The notes under the pieces: model-generated
What the model was told of the DNA's origin: nothing
The model's database searches: none
What the model saw: the letters and a program-made list of their open reading frames with translations, nothing else
From: Paraspadella gotoi
Lineage: Eukaryota; Animalia; Chaetognatha
Length of the DNA stretch: 64,000 nt
Assembly: GCA_051294375.1 (NCBI GenBank)
Contig: CM119265.1
Location: 22,837,022-22,901,021, forward strand
Reading direction: 5' to 3'
Program-made: the position numbers and the translations under genes
Shown: positions 58,689-64,000 of the stretch, piece by piece
How positions within the stretch are numbered: the first letter of the stretch is position 1
How the letters are laid out: every line of letters starts with the position of its first letter

Positions 58689-60175
58689 GAGAGAGACGAG
58701 AAGAGAGAAGAGAGAGGAGAGAGAAGAGAGAGAGAGAGATGAATGTGAATAACGGTAGAGCCAAGATTAGATTATTTACTTTGGCGGATGTTGCGTGAAA
58801 CTTACCGACTGCGTCGCTCATGCGGGAAAGAAAGAAAGAAAAAAGAAAGAAAGGAAAAAAAGAAAAAAGGAAAAGAAAGAAAAAAGAAGAACAAAAGAAA
58901 GATATACAGAAAGAGAAACTGGCCGACGAGAAATTGACTTACCGTCTTTCGTCAAATGGATCTGACTTACCTGTCTACTAATAGTTTTTGTCGTTGTCGT
59001 TCCATCGTCTTTGTTCTTCGACGAAAACAAAACTAAAAAAAAAAGAAAAAAATTCTCGGTCGAACGAATTCGATCAAAATCTCGAACGCAGTTTTTCTCT
59101 CTATCAAAATTATCGTGCGACTTTTCTAAAGTTTTCGGGTGAGCCCGGGATTCGGAGATCGGGGATCGGGATGCGTGGTCTAGAGGATCGGGGACCGGGA
59201 ATCGGGCGACCGGGGAATCGAGAGATCGGAAATCGGAGAGAACCGGCGATTGGATCGAGGATCGGAGCATTGATGGTTGTCAGTAGTGTCGCGTGGAAAT
59301 TTAAAGGGAGAAGTGGAAAGAAGGAAGGGGTGTTGCGTTGAAGCAGAAGGAGGTTTGCGTGAAAGAAATCGAAGTGTGTGGCTTAAATAGAAAAAAGTGT
59401 TGCAGGAAAAAAGCTAAACTATTCGGGGAGGCAGGAAGATGGGAGCGTGTGGGTGTTGGAGTGGTTGCGCTGGTTGGGGTTGTTGGGGTGGTTGGGTGGT
59501 AAGAAGCAAAAGATTTGAAGCGGAGGGAACAAGAATGTGACCTCAGTTTTAGGTTTGGGGAGGGAGTAGGAGTTGAAGAGTATGGGAATGAGGAGTTGAC
59601 GAGCGTGAGAGTGAGGAATTGAGAGCAGTGAGAGAGTGAAGCAGTTAGAGAGTGGAGAGTGCAGGAGAGTGAGAATGAGAGAGTGGGAATGAGGGAGGTG
59701 AAGAGAGTGATGAGTCNNNNNNNNNNNNNNNNNNNNNNNNNTCTTTTTTTGTATTTTTTTATTCTCTTCCTTTCAAAATAACAAAATGGGAATCTTTTGG
59801 GACCCTCGGCTCCGGTCTCTCTCTCTCTCTCTCTCACTCTCTCCTCTCTCTCTCTCATCTCTCTCTCTCTCTGCCTCGTCTCTCTGGGAAGAGAACCAGA
59901 GCCGACCATTCTTCACAAATTAACAAATTCACAAACTCACCACCTCCATAAATTAAGAATCCTTTGAAGTTGTTACTTAATGACAAATTTATCTACTAAT
60001 TTCGTCCAATAAGTACCTAATAGCTTCTTGTATTTTTAATTACGCTTATTCCTTTTTGATGTAAATTTATCAAAAATATGAAATTTATAATAAACTTTTT
60101 AATACATTCGTAAATGATTAATAATCTCTGCGGATTAAATTGATTTCGAAATTTAATACTAACTACACTTATAGG
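55748..60175. repeat. Scrambled direct and inverted duplication block
   Basis: Unit A starts CCTATAAGTGTAGTTAG at 55748 and again at about 58059. 57765-58057 is the reverse complement of about 57340-57640, and 59742-60175 is the reverse complement of the start of A. The block contains two N gaps. Confidence 0.9.
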
Positions 60176-60289
60176 AAAAAAAATAACGAGCATAAGTTAT
60201 GGCACTGCCATAACATATTATCTCTAAAATTAATGAAAAAAATCGACGCAACATATTTGTCGAGCCGTGAGTATCACGCCTTTGCCTCC

Positions 60290-60480
60290 AAAGGCTTCGA
60301 CGTCCAATAGAATTTGACCGACGAATCGAATCGTGGATTCGAATAAAGTCACGAGGCGAAAAGTCACGTGATCGCCATCCACCAATCGGGGAGGGGACGA
60401 AAGTCGACTGACCAATCTGAAGCCGATAAAGTATTTGGGTCAAACGAAGCGAAGGCGACAGCGGCAAACCGACGCAAAAG
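60290..60480 (+). promoter_or_regulatory. Promoter-like CpG-rich patch
   Basis: Three CCAAT boxes (about 60304, 60382, 60413) and an E-box GTCACGTGAT (about 60363), followed by candidate donors at about 60576 (gtaagc) and 61301 (gaag|gtaaac). No downstream CDS could be assembled inside the window. Confidence 0.35.
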
Positions 60481-61379
60481 AATAAAAGAATAAAAGATCT
60501 GAAATTGCGAAAATTCATTGCTGCAATTTGCGAGAAAACGGGGGAATTATTACTTTATTGAAATTTATATAAACTTGTAAGCAATATTAATTTCTATTAA
60601 ACTATTTTGTGCATTTTATAGTTTTCGTTGACTTTTTCTAATTAATTCTTCTATATATTCTTCTATATATTTTTAATTTAATTTCTCGTCTTTGCCATTC
60701 TCCATTACCATTTCTCATATTTCCTGTTTTCAATTTTTTTAAATTCATGATTTTACATTAAAAATTAGTTTTCTATTTTGGTTTTAACTAACTAATTCAT
60801 AAAAGTTAAAACATTTTAAAAACTTTTAATTCTTCCCCATTATCAATATTTTTGCTCTCTCACTCATGATCCTGATCTTTATAAACTGTAGTGATCTTTG
60901 GCTGCTTAAAGATGAGAATCGGTCGATTGACAACATTTAACTATTTTTTTAAAATCTTCCTTCATTTTATAATTGAATGAATTATATTTCTTTCGTTTTT
61001 CGTTTTTTACCGTTCCTGATCTTTGAACGATCTTAAACGTTATATATTTTAGTTTTTTTATGAACTAGTTCATAATTTATATTTATACCTTTACCGATAC
61101 CGATTAAAAAAAAAAGAGACCAGTTATAAAATCCCGACATCTCCCGACCAGTCGGATTCCGCCTCGAACTCTCGACCTTTGAAGTCTTAAAACCGTCAGT
61201 TCCAAATTCGCGGGGATGTTTGGAAGCCCCGACGGCCCGATCGCGAAGCCGAGCTCACTCTCCGGCCGTCGTCGACCCTCGTAATGATACAATGATGAAG
61301 GTAAACAGTTTTCTTTTTTAAAGAATAAAAAAAAGAGAAGAAAATGGTTAAGGAGTTAAAATCAAAGGACAAACATCGT

Positions 61380-61444
<65 letters not shown>

Positions 61445-62231
61445 AGAGAGAGAGAGAAGACAAAGCCAAAAAAAAGGATGTGAGCCAGAAACAAGGAAAG
61501 GAGAAAGGACACCGACAAAGAAAATGAAGGACTTTATCAAATTCGCTTAAATGACAAAAGGTTTAAAAAAAAACGGAACTTTTCTTTTGGAAAAAAGGGT
61601 GGGAAGGCGAGAGAAAAAAAGGAATTTCATCTCTTAGTAAAATAGAATCGAGTAGTGATTTTAGAAGAGTTCGTGGTCAACGTAAAAGTTCCTTTGAAAA
61701 TGCTAACAATTTTGCCTTTTTTTCCCTTCAAGTTTGGTCACCGCTGAATTACTCCTTCACAACGAACGTTGTTTATCATCTCTGCTTTGGAAAGTCGTTT
61801 GTGATAAAACACAAACCGAGGACTAAAAAAATCCATCGCTAAAATTTCCCAAATCAAAACTAAAAAAATAGTAAATTATAGCTAAAAAAATGTTTTTGAT
61901 TATTTCTTCATTCATCTCTCTTTAATTCAAAAAATAAAATAATGGTGGGCGGGGGGGGGGGGAAAGAGCTCCGATCAGCTTTTGTAAAAAATTTGGCAAT
62001 AAAGGCGAGAAAAAAAATGTCCGGGTCCAGGATAAGCTTAGCCAAGCATGGCCCAACACTCAAAGAACAATTCCCATGGCGAGAGAGAGAGAGAGNNNNN
62101 NNNNNNNNNNNNNNNNNNNNNNNNNNNNNNNNNNNNNNNNNNNNNNNNNNNNNNNNNNNNNNNNNNNNNNNNNNNNNNNNNNNNNNNNNNNNNNNNNNNN
62201 NNNNNNNNNNNNNNNNNNNNNNNNNNNNNNN

Positions 62232-62267
<36 letters not shown>

Positions 62268-63156
62268 GGCATTAACCATTTCGAATATCCAACCTGTCAA
62301 AAATAAAAGAAAAAGTTTTGTCGTCGTCGTCGTCGACGTAGTGCAATAAATAAACAAAAAAATATTTTTCCTTTTTCTTTAATCGTAAAAAAAAGTTTTA
62401 AAAAAGCTGTGAATTCGAAATCATGGTGAATAAAAGGAGACATCATCACGTTTGATGAAAGAGTCATGGGAAGAAGAAAATTAAAAAAATACGAAAATTA
62501 AATGCTTTCGGCGAAAAGTGGGTTTTTCTAAATGAAAACGGAAAAAATAAAAGGACAATGCAATCAATTAATGCTTTCAAAAGCCTCTTTCGATTTCCCT
62601 GACTTTTTTTTATTATTTCATTCGTGAGAAAATTTTAAACGTTATGATTAAAACGAATGATGAAGACGATATGAAAGAAAAGTCATAAACCAGGAACCGC
62701 GAAATTCTCAGCTCAACATCTCGAAAGAAGTCATCAGTTCTATTAGCTACTAGCTTGGCCTTATACTTTCACAACGCCTGTCTTTTTTTAAAGCTATTGG
62801 ATTTTTTAGGAGTCTTGTCTTTTTGGCTTTCTTCAACGCCTATTTGCAATTTATTAAAATTAATTAAATTAATTTTAATTAAACGCTTAAAATTTATATA
62901 GTGAGGTAAGAGCGCGGGCGAGTTGCTTTGAGAAAACGCACAACGCTGCCTCTTTGCTTGATCGTCGTCGTCGTCGTCGTCGTCGTCGACGAGGTCGCAG
63001 CGTCGGAAAAAGAGAATGAAAAGGTTTTTCTTTCGCTCATAAACAGAAAAAAAAAAAAGAAAAGAAAAAAAAAACGGAGATTCAAAGTCGCGATTGCGAG
63101 AACGGAGAAAAAAAAACGCACTTCCCGAATTTCTGCCCATCACGCCCTCTTTTTGA

Positions 63157-63198
<42 letters not shown>

Positions 63199-64000
63199 AG
63201 AGTGAGAGAGAGAGAGTTTGAGAAAAGAAACGGAAAGTTTAAAAACCGAGAGACAGATGTTCGTCAAGAAAAGAAAGGAAGAGAAAGTTGGAAATTAAAG
63301 GGAGGAGAGTTGGGGAAAAGAGAAAAGGGGAGAGAGAGAGAAGAATAAGGAAGGAGGGGGGGGAAGGAGGGGGGGAAATGAAACCATAAGCGTCGGAGGT
63401 CGACGAACTTTGATTGCTTTTTCCGTCTCCTGCACCGTTGAGGACGCAAGATGTCGAGAACAAGAAGAAAAGAGACGAAGCAACATTGACGAAACAGATT
63501 AAAATAAAATTGAAAACCGGTTGACCATCAGGAGACGAATCGGATTCATAGCAGTTGGAATGGAGCGGTTTGTTATATCCGGTGGGTTTTTTGTTTTTCA
63601 ATTAAGGGCAATAAACATTCTGAGTCTATCCGGTGAAGATAAAGAACCAGGCCAAAAGTCAGCCACCCGCACACTGTCAACTCCAGAAGGGAGTTATCAT
63701 TACCTAATCATTACCTAATACCTATGCAAAATTCATCGTCATTTTAGTATGATGATAATAATATGTTTTTTTCCACATTTATCGTTCTTTAATCACAATT
63801 TCCGTTCACCCTTTAGTCCTTCATCTTTTCACCATGAATATGAAACGTCACCATCGCGTGTTTCCAACTTTTTTACTTACCAACGCCGCTCGGGCCCAAG
63901 TCCTCCTCCTTCGCCCCTTCGCCTGCTTCCCTCTCACTTACCCTCTCCCCTCCCTCCTCACCAACGCTTTATATTTCTCTCTCTCTCTCTCTCTCTCTCT

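Noticed and set aside
61100-61300. Possible plus-strand coding exon ending at gaag|gtaaac
   Set aside because: One frame is open, but it has no recognisable motif and no phase-compatible partner exon was found in the window.

Overview
This is eukaryotic (animal) genomic DNA, not prokaryotic: AT-rich, with GT-AG introns, GC/CpG-rich exons, dense (GA)n and (GAC)n microsatellites, N gaps and error-rich, apparently duplicated segments. The TRBP sequence looks lophotrochozoan-like (inference). Five spliced protein-coding genes can be assembled by hand. (1) SCAMP (+, 624-2095). (2) A convergent prostanoid-receptor-like class A GPCR (-, 2674-6087) with substitutions at two family-conserved positions. 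(3) An unannotated 10-exon type I membrane protein (-, 17603-26627) with a signal peptide, a Tyr-rich Cys-free ectodomain, one TM helix, a PPxY motif and two tandem cytosolic Cys-rich modules. One of its splice donors has been amplified into a 9-copy minisatellite. (4) An orphan two-TM protein (+, 38963-40126). (5) TRBP/PACT/loquacious (-, 45443-47619). Also present: decayed LINE RT fragments, a tRNA-like SINE family, DINE/HINE-like small elements, a 3.6-3.8 kb tandem duplication (probably an assembly artefact) and a scrambled inverted-repeat block at 55.7-60.2 kb. Most ORFs in the supplied track are microsatellite translations. All gene models come from manual reading; no database search was run.
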